64,000 bases of DNA from Deltaproteobacteria bacterium (GTDB lineage: Bacteria > Desulfobacterota > Desulfobulbia > Desulfobulbales > SURF-16), in assembly GCA_024277655.1 (NCBI GenBank), contig JAJRUT010000007.1:26209-90208 (forward strand), in the 5' to 3' direction. Position 1 is the first letter of the stretch; each line of letters starts with the position of its first letter. Of this stretch, positions 40,221-50,019 are shown piece after piece. The notes beneath the pieces are model-generated. The model worked only from the letters and a program-made list of their open reading frames with translations. It was not told the origin of the DNA and did no database searches. Made by a program: the position numbers and the translations under genes.

Positions 40221-40571
40221 ATGAAAAAAATCTTACTTGTTGATGATGAAGAATCCATCCACCTTCTCTACCGTGACGAACTTGAAGAAATTGGTTACGA
40301 GGTTCACTCCGCCCTCTCAGGCGATGAAGCCCTGAGCACTCTGGATATCATCAAGCCTGACCTTGTCATCCTCGACATCAATATGCCCGGCACAAACGGC
40401 ATAGACACCCTGCGCTCCATAAAGGAAAAACACCCCACCATGCCGGTCATTTTAAGTACGGCTTACCATGAATACAAACAGAATCTAGCCTCATGGGCCT
40501 CGGATGAGTATATCGTTAAATCCTCCGATATGACGGAACTGCTTGCCGCGGTGAACAAGCATTTAGCATAA
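40221..40571 (+). CDS. Single-domain response regulator (CheY-like receiver)
   Basis: KILLVDDEE...DLVILDINMPG...K. The second ATG is preferred on GAGG spacing; the track start is 40215. Confidence 0.88.
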   Translation: MKKILLVDDEESIHLLYRDELEEIGYEVHSALSGDEALSTLDIIKPDLVILDINMPGTNGIDTLRSIKEKHPTMPVILSTAYHEYKQNLASWASDEYIVKSSDMTELLAAVNKHLA

Positions 40572-40662
40572 GAATTCAGAAATATGTAGAGTGACGAGAC
40601 TATGGGGTTAATCTCTGAATGCCGAGCCCTTATTTCTAACATCCAACTTCCAACATCCAAAA

Positions 40663-41397
40663 ATGAAAGACATCCAGAACCAGGAGGATCATCGCCGGAT
40701 TGCCATTGAAAAGGTTGGCGTCAAGGAAATCTCCTACCCAATCACCGTCCTTGATAAGGCGCACCAGAAACAACATACCGTGGCCACGGTGAATATGTCG
40801 GTGAACCTGCCCCACCATTTCAAGGGCACCCACATGAGTCGCTTTATTGAAATTCTAAACAAATTTCACGGGGAAATAACCCTGGCCTCTTTTCATCAGA
40901 TCCTGGAAGAGATGAAGACCAAGCTTGAGGCCCAGCAGGCCCATATTGAGATGGAGTTCCCCTACTTCCTCCATGGCGGTTATGCAAACGGTATCGCCAG
41001 TGAATACCGCTGCACCATGACCGGCTCCTACGACTCCACCGATGACCTGACTCTGGAAATCAAAGTTCCCATCTCTCCACCAGGCATTAAATCCTCGGCT
41101 ACAGGTCTGCCTCACTCCCTTGGACACTGGGGTAACGCCATTATCTGTGTGCGTTTTGCCAATTTTATCTGGCTTGAAGACCTTATCGATATTGTCGATC
41201 GCGTTCTCAGCCACGATGTGACCTACCAGGCTGGGACTCCTCCGTCAGAAAAACAGATTTTATCCGCCGAACAGATCGCCAGTGATCTTGGTATGGCCTT
41301 AACGGACACCAAAGAAATCCGCTGGTTTCAAGTCACTGTGGAAAATCTGGCCGAAGGATTTTCAACCTTTGCCACCATCGCCAGCACACCTAGGTAG
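40663..41397 (+). CDS. folE2: GTP cyclohydrolase FolE2/MptA family (type IB)
   Basis: N-terminal IAIEKVGVKEISYPITV...NLPHHFKGTHMSRF is typical of FolE2. Confidence 0.88.
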   Translation: MKDIQNQEDHRRIAIEKVGVKEISYPITVLDKAHQKQHTVATVNMSVNLPHHFKGTHMSRFIEILNKFHGEITLASFHQILEEMKTKLEAQQAHIEMEFPYFLHGGYANGIASEYRCTMTGSYDSTDDLTLEIKVPISPPGIKSSATGLPHSLGHWGNAIICVRFANFIWLEDLIDIVDRVLSHDVTYQAGTPPSEKQILSAEQIASDLGMALTDTKEIRWFQVTVENLAEGFSTFATIASTPR

Positions 41398-41496
41398 TCT
41401 TCTTTACAATTAATCCTGTAAAGCATGGCCGTTATCCTTTTACAGCCAACCAAAGGACAGGTTCAGAAAACGCCTCAATGATAAGGTAAGGCAATA

Positions 41497-41565
41497 ACCG
41501 CAAAAGCACAAAGAACGCAAAGTTTTTTGGGGCCTTACCCTCTGCGTTCTTTGCGCCTTTGCGGT
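41497..41565 (-). repeat. Long imperfect hairpin built from a GCAAAG/AACGCAAAG-type motif
   Basis: The arms are ACCGCAAAAGCACAAAGAACGCAAAG (41497-41522) and CTGCGTTCTTTGCGCCTTTGCGGT (41542-41565). All three mismatches are A:C on the plus strand, which become G:U if transcribed from the minus strand. Confidence 0.6.
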
Positions 41566-41836
41566 GAATACTTTCTTCTTTTACAACATCGTTTGCAAGT
41601 TGCTTAAAGTCAGTAATGGCCGGGAAAGATATCACTGGTTTGATTTGTATTTTTTGCAAAACGCCCTGGGCAACTCGACATTTAGCTGGGGCATTTTGAG
41701 CAAATCGGGTATAGTTTTTTGCTTTGTTTTCGCCAACATGAAATCCAACTTTCACCACAAAGACACGAGATTTTCTTTAATTAAACCGTCCTCGTCCTCT
41801 TCGTGGTCCACTTAAATCATATCTCACCACAAGACC

Positions 41837-43912
41837 ATGACCCAAGAACTCCTCCTCGAAATAGGCACTGAAGAACTTCCAGCAGGTTACATTAAACCCG
41901 CCCTGAATCACCTCAAGCAGAAGCTAGCCACATATCTCAAGGATTCAAACCTGACCTTCGGCACCATCACCACCTTTGCCACCCCCCGTCGTCTGGCTAT
42001 TATGGTGACCGACCTGCCCCTGCGGCAGGAAGATCAGGCCAAGGAAGTCACCGGCCCACCCAAACAGGCAGGGTTTGACAAGGACAATAAGCCCACCAAG
42101 GCAGCCGTAGGCTTTGCAAAGTCCCGAGGTGCCAAGGTGGAAGATATCCAAATCATCAGCACTGATAAAGGAGAATACCTCATGGTGGTGCAGGAGATTA
42201 AAGGCGAGGAGACCGCCGACCTCCTTAGTCGCTTTATCCCTGAGCTGATCCTCTCCACCCCCTTTCCAAAATCCATGCGTTGGGCCAATCAAGCCATAAG
42301 CTTTGCCCGACCTCTCCAGTGGCTCTTGTCCCTATTAGGCGGCCAGAAACTAGAGATCGATATCGAAGGCATGCACACCACGACTACCACCCGTGGCCAC
42401 CGCTTTCACAGCCCGGTGGAAGTGGAAATCTCCTCCATTGACCAGTATCTACAAACCATGGACGAATTGCATATTGTCGTGGATCAAGATGAGCGCCGTG
42501 AGATGATTCGTACCCAGATTACCGAGGTTGCCGAGGCCAGTGGCGGTCATGTGGTACTCGATGAAGATCTGCTGGACACCATCACCAACCTGGTGGAGTT
42601 GCCAAATGCCCTCTGCGGAAAATTTGATGCTAAATTTCTGACCCTTCCCAGGGAGGTCCTCACCACCTCCATGAAGAAACATCAGAAATACTTCACCATT
42701 GAGGATGACAACGGCAAGCTCCTGCCCTACTTTGTCGCTGTCAACAACACCAAGGTCAAAGACGAAGCACTGTCCAGGGAAGGACACCAACGCGTGCTCC
42801 GTGCCCGGCTTGAAGATGGGCTCTTCTTCTTCAATGAAGACAAAAAATACAAACTTGAGGACTTCACCCCCCGCTTAAGTGGCGTGGTCTTTCAAGCAAA
42901 CCTTGGGACCATGGTCGAGTAAACTGACCGGATTGCGTCTCTTGCCACAACCATCGCCACAACAATTGCCCCGACCCTTAAAAATGACTGCAAACGGGCC
43001 GCCGAATTATGCAAATCTGATCTAGTCTGTGATATGGTTGGCGAATTCCCCTCCTTGCAAGGAGTTATGGGTAGACAATACGCCCTAAACAGTGGCGAGA
43101 ACAAGGAAGTTGCCGAGGCCATTGAAGAGCATTACAAACCTCTTAGGGCCGGTAGTGAACTGCCCATTGGCATCATTGGTGCCATCATCTCCATAAGCGA
43201 CCGGATCGACACCATGGCCGGCTGCTTTGGCCTTGGCAAAATACCCACCGGTGCCACCGACCCTTACGGCCTGCGCCGCCATGGCCTAGCCCTTATTCGT
43301 ATTATTGAAGAAAACCAATGGAACCTGCCCCTAACAAGTCTATTCAACCAGGCCATCAACCAGTATGGAGAGAAACTGGATTGTAAAAAGAGCGCCACAA
43401 TCTCCGCCCTGATTGGCTTTTTGAAGACCCGTTACGCTAATGATATCAGTAGGCGTGGCATCGCCCAAGAAGTTGCCGAGGCCGCCCTTGCCGTGGGCTT
43501 TGACGATATTACCGATTGCCATGACCGCATTGAGGCCCTTGTTGCAGTTGGCTCCCACCAGTCATTTGACGAGCTGGCCGGAGCCTTTAAGCGGGTGACC
43601 AATATCACCAAGGGTCATAGCGCAACCGATATAAAGCTGGAGTTACTCAGCGACCAGGCCGAGAAGGACCTATTCGAGACATTAACGACGGTGCAAAAAC
43701 GTTGTACTCCGCACCTGGACAACAAAGACTACGGGGCGGCCCTCACCGAAATGCTCGTTTTAAAGGATCCCATTGACCATTTTTTTGCAGAAGTCATGGT
43801 CATGGCTGATGACCCAAAGGTGAAAGAAAACCGACTGTCCATGCTCACCGCAATCGCCGGATTATTCCTCCAAGTGGGCGATATCTCTAAGATGTACACC
43901 CTGGCGCAATAG
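41837..43912 (+). pseudogene. glyS: Glycine--tRNA ligase beta subunit interrupted by an in-frame TAA at 42920-42922 (pseudogene, sequencing error or read-through)
   Basis: The two track ORFs (41837-42922 and 43034-43912) are in the same frame. Reading through gives ...LGTMVE*TDRIASLATTIA...DMVGEFPSLQGVMG..., collinear with remembered E. coli GlyS (LGTLRDKTDRI...), where the stop position is Lys. Confidence 0.85.
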
Positions 43913-44489
43913 CACCAAGATCCAGTAAGACCTGGACAATCTCTGGCATGGGCAAACCAATCACATTGGAGTAGGAGCCTTGAATATCTCGAACGAGAAA
44001 GGCTCCTGCACTTTGAACCCCATACCCCCCCGCCTTATCACTGCCATCACCACTGGCAACATAGGCCTGTAGAACCTCATCTGAGAAATTATAGAAGGTG
44101 ACCTGGCTCCTCACCACCTCCACCTGTTTTTTACCTTCTTCGACCACAGCAAAGGCTGTCACAACCACATGGCAACAGCCACGCAGTTGCTGCAGCATGC
44201 TTAAATGGTGACGCTCATCTCGCGGCTTGCCAAGAATTTCCTTGTGCAGAACCACTGAGGTATCTGCGCCAATCACCACCGCGCCAGGATGTTCATGGGC
44301 AACCGCCTCGGCCTTGGCTAGAGCAAGACGAGTCACATAGCCATCAGGGGATTCCAGTTCAAAGGGAGTCTCATCAACTGCACGGCAGATCACCTGAAAA
44401 TCGAGGCCAAGACTGGTGAGAAAGTCCTGGCGCCGAGGAGAACCCGAGGCGAGGATGAGAGGTTTTATTGTTTTAAAAATTGGCGTCAT
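43887..44489 (-). CDS. maf: Maf-like nucleoside triphosphate pyrophosphatase
   Basis: LILASGSPRRQDFL...GADTSV...GKP...DKAGGYGVQ. Its 3' end overlaps glyS convergently by 26 nt. Confidence 0.9.
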   Translation of the reverse strand: MTPIFKTIKPLILASGSPRRQDFLTSLGLDFQVICRAVDETPFELESPDGYVTRLALAKAEAVAHEHPGAVVIGADTSVVLHKEILGKPRDERHHLSMLQQLRGCCHVVVTAFAVVEEGKKQVEVVRSQVTFYNFSDEVLQAYVASGDGSDKAGGYGVQSAGAFLVRDIQGSYSNVIGLPMPEIVQVLLDLGAIAPGCTS

Positions 44490-44638
44490 ATTGTGTATCT
44501 ATTCACGAAGAAGAAGGCGAGAACCAAGAATTTGAGAAGAATACCCTCTCGGCCTGTAACAAAGCCCCCCCCGACAGATCGCTGAATTGGTTGTGGGAAA
44601 CTCACGTTATATCCTTGCCCATATCCAAAAGAGACTCC

Positions 44639-45391
44639 TTACGCCCGGATCGAGTAGCCACCATCCACCGTCACCACCTGGCCATGGATCATCTTGGCCA
44701 GATCACTGGCCAAAAACAGAGCAAGGTCAGCCACATCATCCGGGGTGGTCAAAACTCCCATGGGAGTTCCAGCCAAAGCCGTCTCAAGAATCTCAGTACG
44801 ATTGGGGAACTTTTTTAAGGCCTCAGTATCCACCGCGCCAGCGCTGATGGTATTCACCGTGATATTATGACCACCAAGCTCCACGGCCAAGTGACGAACC
44901 AACGACTCCAGGGCCGCTTTTGAAGCACCCACTGCCGTGTAGTTTTCCACCGCCCGTACCGAACCAAGGGATGACACCGCCATAATCCGGCCACCATCCT
45001 TCATAAGGGGAACCGCCTGCTGGGCAAGGGTCAGTAAGGCCCTAGCGTTAATATCCATGGCCCAGTTCCAATGCCGGGTGGAGAGTTCCATCAGCGGTTT
45101 TAGCACTCCGGATGCGGCATTGGAGACGAGAAGATCAAGCTTGCCATAGCGCTCCCTAATCTCGGCAAACATGGCGATCACATCGGCGTCTTTGGCAACA
45201 TTTGCCTTCACCACCATACACTCAGCCCCACGTTCTTCAACAAGCTTTGCAGTGGCCTCCGCATCCTTGCGGTGCCGAACGTAATTCACAACAATATTAA
45301 CACCATTCTCAGCAAAACGCAGGGCAATCGCCTTACCAATACCACGGGAACTTCCAGTAATTAACGCTACTTTTCCTTCAAGATTAAACAT
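44639..45391 (-). CDS. fabL: Enoyl-ACP reductase FabL-like SDR
   Basis: Collinear with remembered B. subtilis FabL: ALITGSSRGIGKAIALRFAENG.NIVVNY, LDLLVSNAASGVLKP.MEL...HW.W.M.INA.ALL, SSLGS...NYT.VG.SKAALE. Confidence 0.8.
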   Translation of the reverse strand: MFNLEGKVALITGSSRGIGKAIALRFAENGVNIVVNYVRHRKDAEATAKLVEERGAECMVVKANVAKDADVIAMFAEIRERYGKLDLLVSNAASGVLKPLMELSTRHWNWAMDINARALLTLAQQAVPLMKDGGRIMAVSSLGSVRAVENYTAVGASKAALESLVRHLAVELGGHNITVNTISAGAVDTEALKKFPNRTEILETALAGTPMGVLTTPDDVADLALFLASDLAKMIHGQVVTVDGGYSIRA

Positions 45392-45606
45392 AATTTAGTA
45401 CCTTATTCCCATACGGGTGATGTAAAAAAAGGAGCCTGGAAAACGTTTTGAAACTACTAAATATTAATTAGCTTCAAGGTACTTATCCAATCCTTATTAT
45501 TTTATTTAGCAGGTTCAGCCCTTATCATAATGGGGCAAATAATTTATATAAATTAGAAAAGAATTGTAACAGGAAGACCGCCACAAACAAAGCATTTTAC
45601 CGTGTC

Positions 45607-46554
45607 CTACAAACCAAGTCGCAATTTTAAACGTTTGGCCAGACTTCCCGCCACATGCCAAAGACTAAAACGAATCGAATCCAGCTGATTTGGGACAACA
45701 AAACCCTGGTTGTCAAAATCATCTGGAGCGAGCAAAGGAAAATACAGATCAGCAAGGTCATTGCCATAAACACCACGCTGATCAAACCGACACCAGAGCG
45801 GACTCCTATCCGGGGCAACACCAAGAACAGCAAGGAGAGCCGCATCGAGTGCTACAGGTGACTGACAGCACCCCATAAGCTGGAGGTCATAGGGGATTCC
45901 CCCCATGGGCCCGGTCACATGCATGGCAGTGATACCATCACACAGGGAAATAGCATGGGGAACCGCGTCTGGCAAATCGCAAAGGATATCAATAAAAGAC
46001 GCACCATCGCCCCCACCGTGTACCTGATGAGCCATGGCCTTGCGCCAACCTTTAACAATACCGAAATGGTTTTTAACCGCCAAAGTAACCCGTACCAGGG
46101 CATGACTCTTCACCTTGGGCAAATTGACCAGATGATGACACTCAAGAACATCACGACATATACTCACCGTCACCCCGCAGGCCAATTCCACCGGCACCGT
46201 CTTTTGAAATGGTGCCACCCCAAGGCCAAGTCTTTGTACCACCCTGTTCAACCCAAGAATCTCCACGGCATGAAGGCAACTGCCTGATGCTGGAGAATCA
46301 CCAACCAGCACCCGGCAGCCATGGTCCAGAAACCAGCGCGCCACCCCTTCAACAAACTGCGGATGGGTACAGGCCAGATCATTAAGCACAGCAGGGGCAA
46401 CCAGGTTTGGCTTGAGTAGTACCTGGTCGCCATAGGCCGGACAAAAGCCCACCGCCTCAAACAGGCCAGCAACCTGCTGACAGATACGATCCGGCTGATA
46501 CGTATTAATAGAGGCAAAAGCGACATTTATTTTTTTCATACTAAAAAGACTCAA
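45607..46554 (-). CDS. DUF362-domain protein
   Basis: 315 aa; VLLKPNLV and the overall pattern resemble DUF362. This is a memory-based call. Confidence 0.65.
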   Translation of the reverse strand: MSLFSMKKINVAFASINTYQPDRICQQVAGLFEAVGFCPAYGDQVLLKPNLVAPAVLNDLACTHPQFVEGVARWFLDHGCRVLVGDSPASGSCLHAVEILGLNRVVQRLGLGVAPFQKTVPVELACGVTVSICRDVLECHHLVNLPKVKSHALVRVTLAVKNHFGIVKGWRKAMAHQVHGGGDGASFIDILCDLPDAVPHAISLCDGITAMHVTGPMGGIPYDLQLMGCCQSPVALDAALLAVLGVAPDRSPLWCRFDQRGVYGNDLADLYFPLLAPDDFDNQGFVVPNQLDSIRFSLWHVAGSLAKRLKLRLGL

Positions 46555-46802
46555 TCAAGCTGGGAATTATTATCATTACTACAAGTTTGACACGCTGACA
46601 GTGGGACATTGGCAAGAGTATGGCGTTGCATTCCTAGCCTCACTTGCAATTTTTCATAATCTCCATTGAATGGTTACAAAAATTAAACCATCATCCCCCA
46701 TACCATTACCAGCTCCCCACGGGGACAAAAACATATCATCATCCAAGCAGGACTCTACGCAAACAGTAGGAATGTATCAGAAAAGAACAGAACCACCAAA
46801 AG

Positions 46803-46840
46803 AAAAAGGCCATTCTTGGGGGGACAAGAACGGCCTTTTT
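46803..46840. other. Orphan terminator-like hairpin in the 941-bp non-coding gap
   Basis: The stem AAGGCCATTCTTG / CAAGAACGGCCTT has one mismatch. It is flanked by an A-run and a T-run, and no convincing CDS ends next to it. Confidence 0.4.
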
Positions 46841-47402
46841 CAGGAGAAAGGAGATAAGAGTTTTAACTCTGAATATTAGCGTTGCACCACCCATGCCAAC
46901 AGATACGAAAAAACATTTATGCGATTTATCAAGAAGTTACGCTCCCCCTCGAAAACAATGACAGCCAAAACATACAAATATCTATACTTTTCCTGCATAA
47001 ATAGTACGCCACAATATGAGTCAGCGCTCCACCCACAGGGGAAAAGACAAGGTTCAATTTTTATTACGCATAAACATATCGGTCATACCCATAGGTCATT
47101 ATAAGGTTCAAGACCCCATTGGGGGGGCAGGAGACAAGCAAGAGGAAGCAAGAAGCACATAAAAATCAAGAAATTTACAGGTCAAACATACCTGGCCCAA
47201 GCCTTGAACCAGTTTTACCTAACGCGTAATTTTCTACCAGTACCCCAGCGCATATTTCTTGACCATCCCCCAAATCCCCTTGTCAATAATCTGACCAAAA
47301 CCAGGACACTCAGCCAACACAGGGGGAGCCACCCCCACCACTCACATTTTTTTTCACTTTAAAAACCACGACTTATAAACTTTTACAGCCCTCCCATCCC
47401 AG

Positions 47403-47419
47403 ATGGCACGCTCCTTGAT
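47403..47419 (+). promoter_or_regulatory. Sigma-54-like promoter candidate upstream of fliL (TGGCACGctccTTGAt)
   Basis: Good -24 element, but the -12 element is TTGA rather than TTGC. It lies about 80 nt upstream of the fliL ATG. Confidence 0.35.
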
Positions 47420-47495
47420 GTTAAGTCACTCAGAACAACTGGCGAAACAACAAGACTGCAACTTATCTAACTGACCCACAGGAGACCCAGCAGCC

Positions 47496-47990
47496 ATGGC
47501 AGATGAAGAAAAAGCGGAGACCGGCACAGAGCCAAAACAGAAATCCAAGATGATGCTCTTTATTATTCTCGGCGTAGTCCTGCTCCTTGCAGGTGGCGGC
47601 GGATTCTTTGCGTTTACCACATTAATGGCTCCTCCCCCGGCTGACGAAAGCGTGGCAGATCCTGTTGAGCAGGAAGAGTTCGAAGTGGTCGGTGAGATGA
47701 TCAGCTTTAAGGAATTTGTGGTAAACCTCTCCGACCCTAAGGGCAAACGCTATCTTAAATGTGAGATATCCATTGAAGTGGAATCCCTGGAGGCCGTGGA
47801 ACGGGTATCCAAAATCAAACCTAAAATGCGGGATATTGTCATCATGCTCCTCACCAGTCTTGCCTTTGAAGAGGTAATGACCCCCGAGGGCAAGATGCGG
47901 ATTCGTGACGAGTTACTGGAACGCTTTAATCAGGCGGCCAGGCCAGACAAGGTGACCCACCTCTATTTTAGTAATTTTGTGGTGCAGTAA
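47496..47990 (+). CDS. fliL: Flagellar basal-body-associated protein FliL
   Basis: Single TM segment plus a FliL domain (FKEFVVNLSDPKGKRYLKCEISIEV...KPKMRDIVIMLL). Confidence 0.9.
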   Translation: MADEEKAETGTEPKQKSKMMLFIILGVVLLLAGGGGFFAFTTLMAPPPADESVADPVEQEEFEVVGEMISFKEFVVNLSDPKGKRYLKCEISIEVESLEAVERVSKIKPKMRDIVIMLLTSLAFEEVMTPEGKMRIRDELLERFNQAARPDKVTHLYFSNFVVQ

Positions 47991-48000
47991 TTAAAAACAG

Positions 48001-48050
48001 TTTTGGGTTTCAAATTTCGTGTTGCACTGCGACAAACTTGAAACCCAAAA
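48001..48050 (+). other. Hairpin in the fliL-fliM spacer (13-bp perfect stem TTTTGGGTTTCAA / TTGAAACCCAAAA, 24-nt loop)
   Basis: Read directly from the sequence. Confidence 0.65.
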
Positions 48051-48069
48051 TTGCTGTTAAAGGAAGACA

Positions 48070-49059
48070 ATGGAACAAATTCTCAGCCAAGATGAAGTTG
48101 ATGCGCTCCTCAAGGGGATCTCCGGTGGTGATATTGAAGAACCGGAAGAGACCATTGACGAGGAAGCACTGGAGTTTATGCCCTATGATTTCTCTAAGCA
48201 GGAACGCATCGTTCAGTTCAAGATGCCTGCTTTGGAAGTCATCAATGACTCCTTCCTCCGCTCAACCCGCTCCTCCCTCTCCGCTACCCTGCGCCGCATC
48301 CTCGACATAAGTTCCGTACCCATGGAGCTTGAGCGATTCGGCGCCTTTGTCCGCACCCTGCCTGTACCCTCATCCCTGCAAATTTTCAAGATGGAGCCAT
48401 TCCGGGGCATGGCGCTGTTTGTCATTGAACCAAAGCTGGTCTTTGCCCTGGTAGAGAGTTTCCTTGGCGGCTCGGGACTGCGCAATGTAAGGATTGAGGG
48501 TCGTGACTTTACAGCCATCGAGCAGCGCCTTATTCACCGGGTGGTAACCCTGCTGATTAGTGATCTAGAAAAGGCCTGGTACTCGCTCCACCCCATCAAG
48601 GTTCAATACGTTCGCTCGGAAATTAACCCGCAGTTTGCCAAGATCTGTGAACCAGAGGATGTGGTGATTATCAATCGCTACGAGGTGGACATGGACCGAG
48701 CAGTGGGTTCCATCACCTGTTGTATCCCCCTGTCCAACCTGGAATCAGTCAAGACAAAACTGATGACAACCTATGCCCGTGACCCATCCGAAGAGGATAT
48801 CAACCTAAAACGGGCCCTGCACCAAAACGTCATGAACATACCCCTTGAGATGCGAGTTGAACTTGGCTCCACCACCATCCCAGCTGGAGACATTATCAAC
48901 CTTGAAAAGGGTGACATTATTCAGCTCGACAAACGCAAAGATGACATGCTCCCCTGCTTTGTTGCCGGAGAGCGTAAATACATGGGGTCCCCTGGGGTAC
49001 ATCGGGGTCAACAGGCCTTTTTGATTAAACGTAAAGTGCTTGACCCCGAGAAAGACTAG
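48070..49059 (+). CDS. fliM: Flagellar motor switch protein FliM
   Basis: N-terminal LSQDEVDALL CheY-P binding motif and FliM core; 329 aa. Confidence 0.95.
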   Translation: MEQILSQDEVDALLKGISGGDIEEPEETIDEEALEFMPYDFSKQERIVQFKMPALEVINDSFLRSTRSSLSATLRRILDISSVPMELERFGAFVRTLPVPSSLQIFKMEPFRGMALFVIEPKLVFALVESFLGGSGLRNVRIEGRDFTAIEQRLIHRVVTLLISDLEKAWYSLHPIKVQYVRSEINPQFAKICEPEDVVIINRYEVDMDRAVGSITCCIPLSNLESVKTKLMTTYARDPSEEDINLKRALHQNVMNIPLEMRVELGSTTIPAGDIINLEKGDIIQLDKRKDDMLPCFVAGERKYMGSPGVHRGQQAFLIKRKVLDPEKD

Positions 49060-49111
49060 CGCAGAAGTTAAGAACTCATAACTTCCCGAAATTAAATTTA
49101 AGGAGAACAAA

Positions 49112-49555
49112 ATGGCTGATGATGAATCGTTGGATGACGCCTGGGCCGACGCCCTGGAAGAAGCAGACCCCAACAATCCAGCAAGCAAAGAAGAGGCTGC
49201 CCCAAAGGATGACAATTGGGACGAACTGGCTGCCGAGGATAGTGATGCTGCCAGTTTTGATGAACTCGATGGCGGCACACCCGAAGATCCCGGTAGTCAG
49301 AACCTGGAGTTCCTGCTGGACATTCCCCTCAATGTTTCTGTGGAGCTTGGCCGCTCATCCATGATCATCGACAAGATGCTGCAACTGACCCAGGGCTCGG
49401 TGGTTGAGCTTGACAAATCGGCAGGGGAAACGGTTGAGATCTATGTTAACAGCAAGCTCCTTGGCAAGGGCGAGGTGATCGTTGTCAATGACCGGTTCGG
49501 TGTCAGAATCACAGAGATTATCAGCCAGGCTGATCGAATCAAAAACATAGGATAG
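49112..49555 (+). CDS. fliN: Flagellar motor switch protein FliN
   Basis: Acidic N-terminus plus a SpoA domain (LLDIPLNVSVELGRSSMIIDKMLQLTQGSVVELDK...). Confidence 0.93.
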   Translation: MADDESLDDAWADALEEADPNNPASKEEAAPKDDNWDELAAEDSDAASFDELDGGTPEDPGSQNLEFLLDIPLNVSVELGRSSMIIDKMLQLTQGSVVELDKSAGETVEIYVNSKLLGKGEVIVVNDRFGVRITEIISQADRIKNIG

Positions 49556-49563
49556 GCCACCGC

Positions 49564-50019
49564 GTGAAAAGACAACTATACCTCATAACCTGCACCCTGT
49601 TACTCCTACCAACCCTTGCCTACAGCGGAGATGCCGGAGTAACAAACGCAAGCCCTGCCCTTACCCCGCCCGACCTGGGGGGGCTGGAGACAACCTTTAG
49701 CATCATAAAGCTTCTGGTTGCGTTTCTCGTGGTGGCAGGGGTTATGGCCCTGGTCTTTAAACTGATGGGCAAGTTCGGCCCGGCTTCTCTGGGTAAAAGC
49801 GGCCTAATTGAGGTGCTTGACACCAGAATGATCGCCCAAAAGAAGTATATTTCGGTGGTACGCATTGCCGGGCAGGATATGGCTGTGGGTATTTCCGAAA
49901 ATAGTATTTCTCTGCTATGCCCCCTAAATAGTGAGCAAAAAAAAGAACCATCAGCAGACAACCGGGAATTTAACCAGGCCATGGAAACGGCGGAACGGAC
50001 AGAGGGGAGACAGCCATGA
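49564..50019 (+). CDS. fliO: Flagellar biosynthesis protein FliO
   Basis: GTG start. A single TM segment (LLVAFLVVAGVMALVF) and its position between fliN and fliP; 4-nt overlap with fliP. Confidence 0.78.
   Translation: MKRQLYLITCTLLLLPTLAYSGDAGVTNASPALTPPDLGGLETTFSIIKLLVAFLVVAGVMALVFKLMGKFGPASLGKSGLIEVLDTRMIAQKKYISVVRIAGQDMAVGISENSISLLCPLNSEQKKEPSADNREFNQAMETAERTEGRQP

Noticed and set aside
41432-41758. 108-aa minus-strand ORF between folE2 and glyS
   Set aside because: It spans the GCAAAG-type palindromic repeat, and its peptide (KGAKNAEGKAPKNFAFFVLLRL) looks like a translated repeat. It has no SD, so I treated the region as non-coding.
46670-47104. Small ORFs of 69 and 61 aa in the fliL upstream gap
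   Set aside because: They have no SD and a low-complexity composition, and one runs through a terminator-like hairpin.
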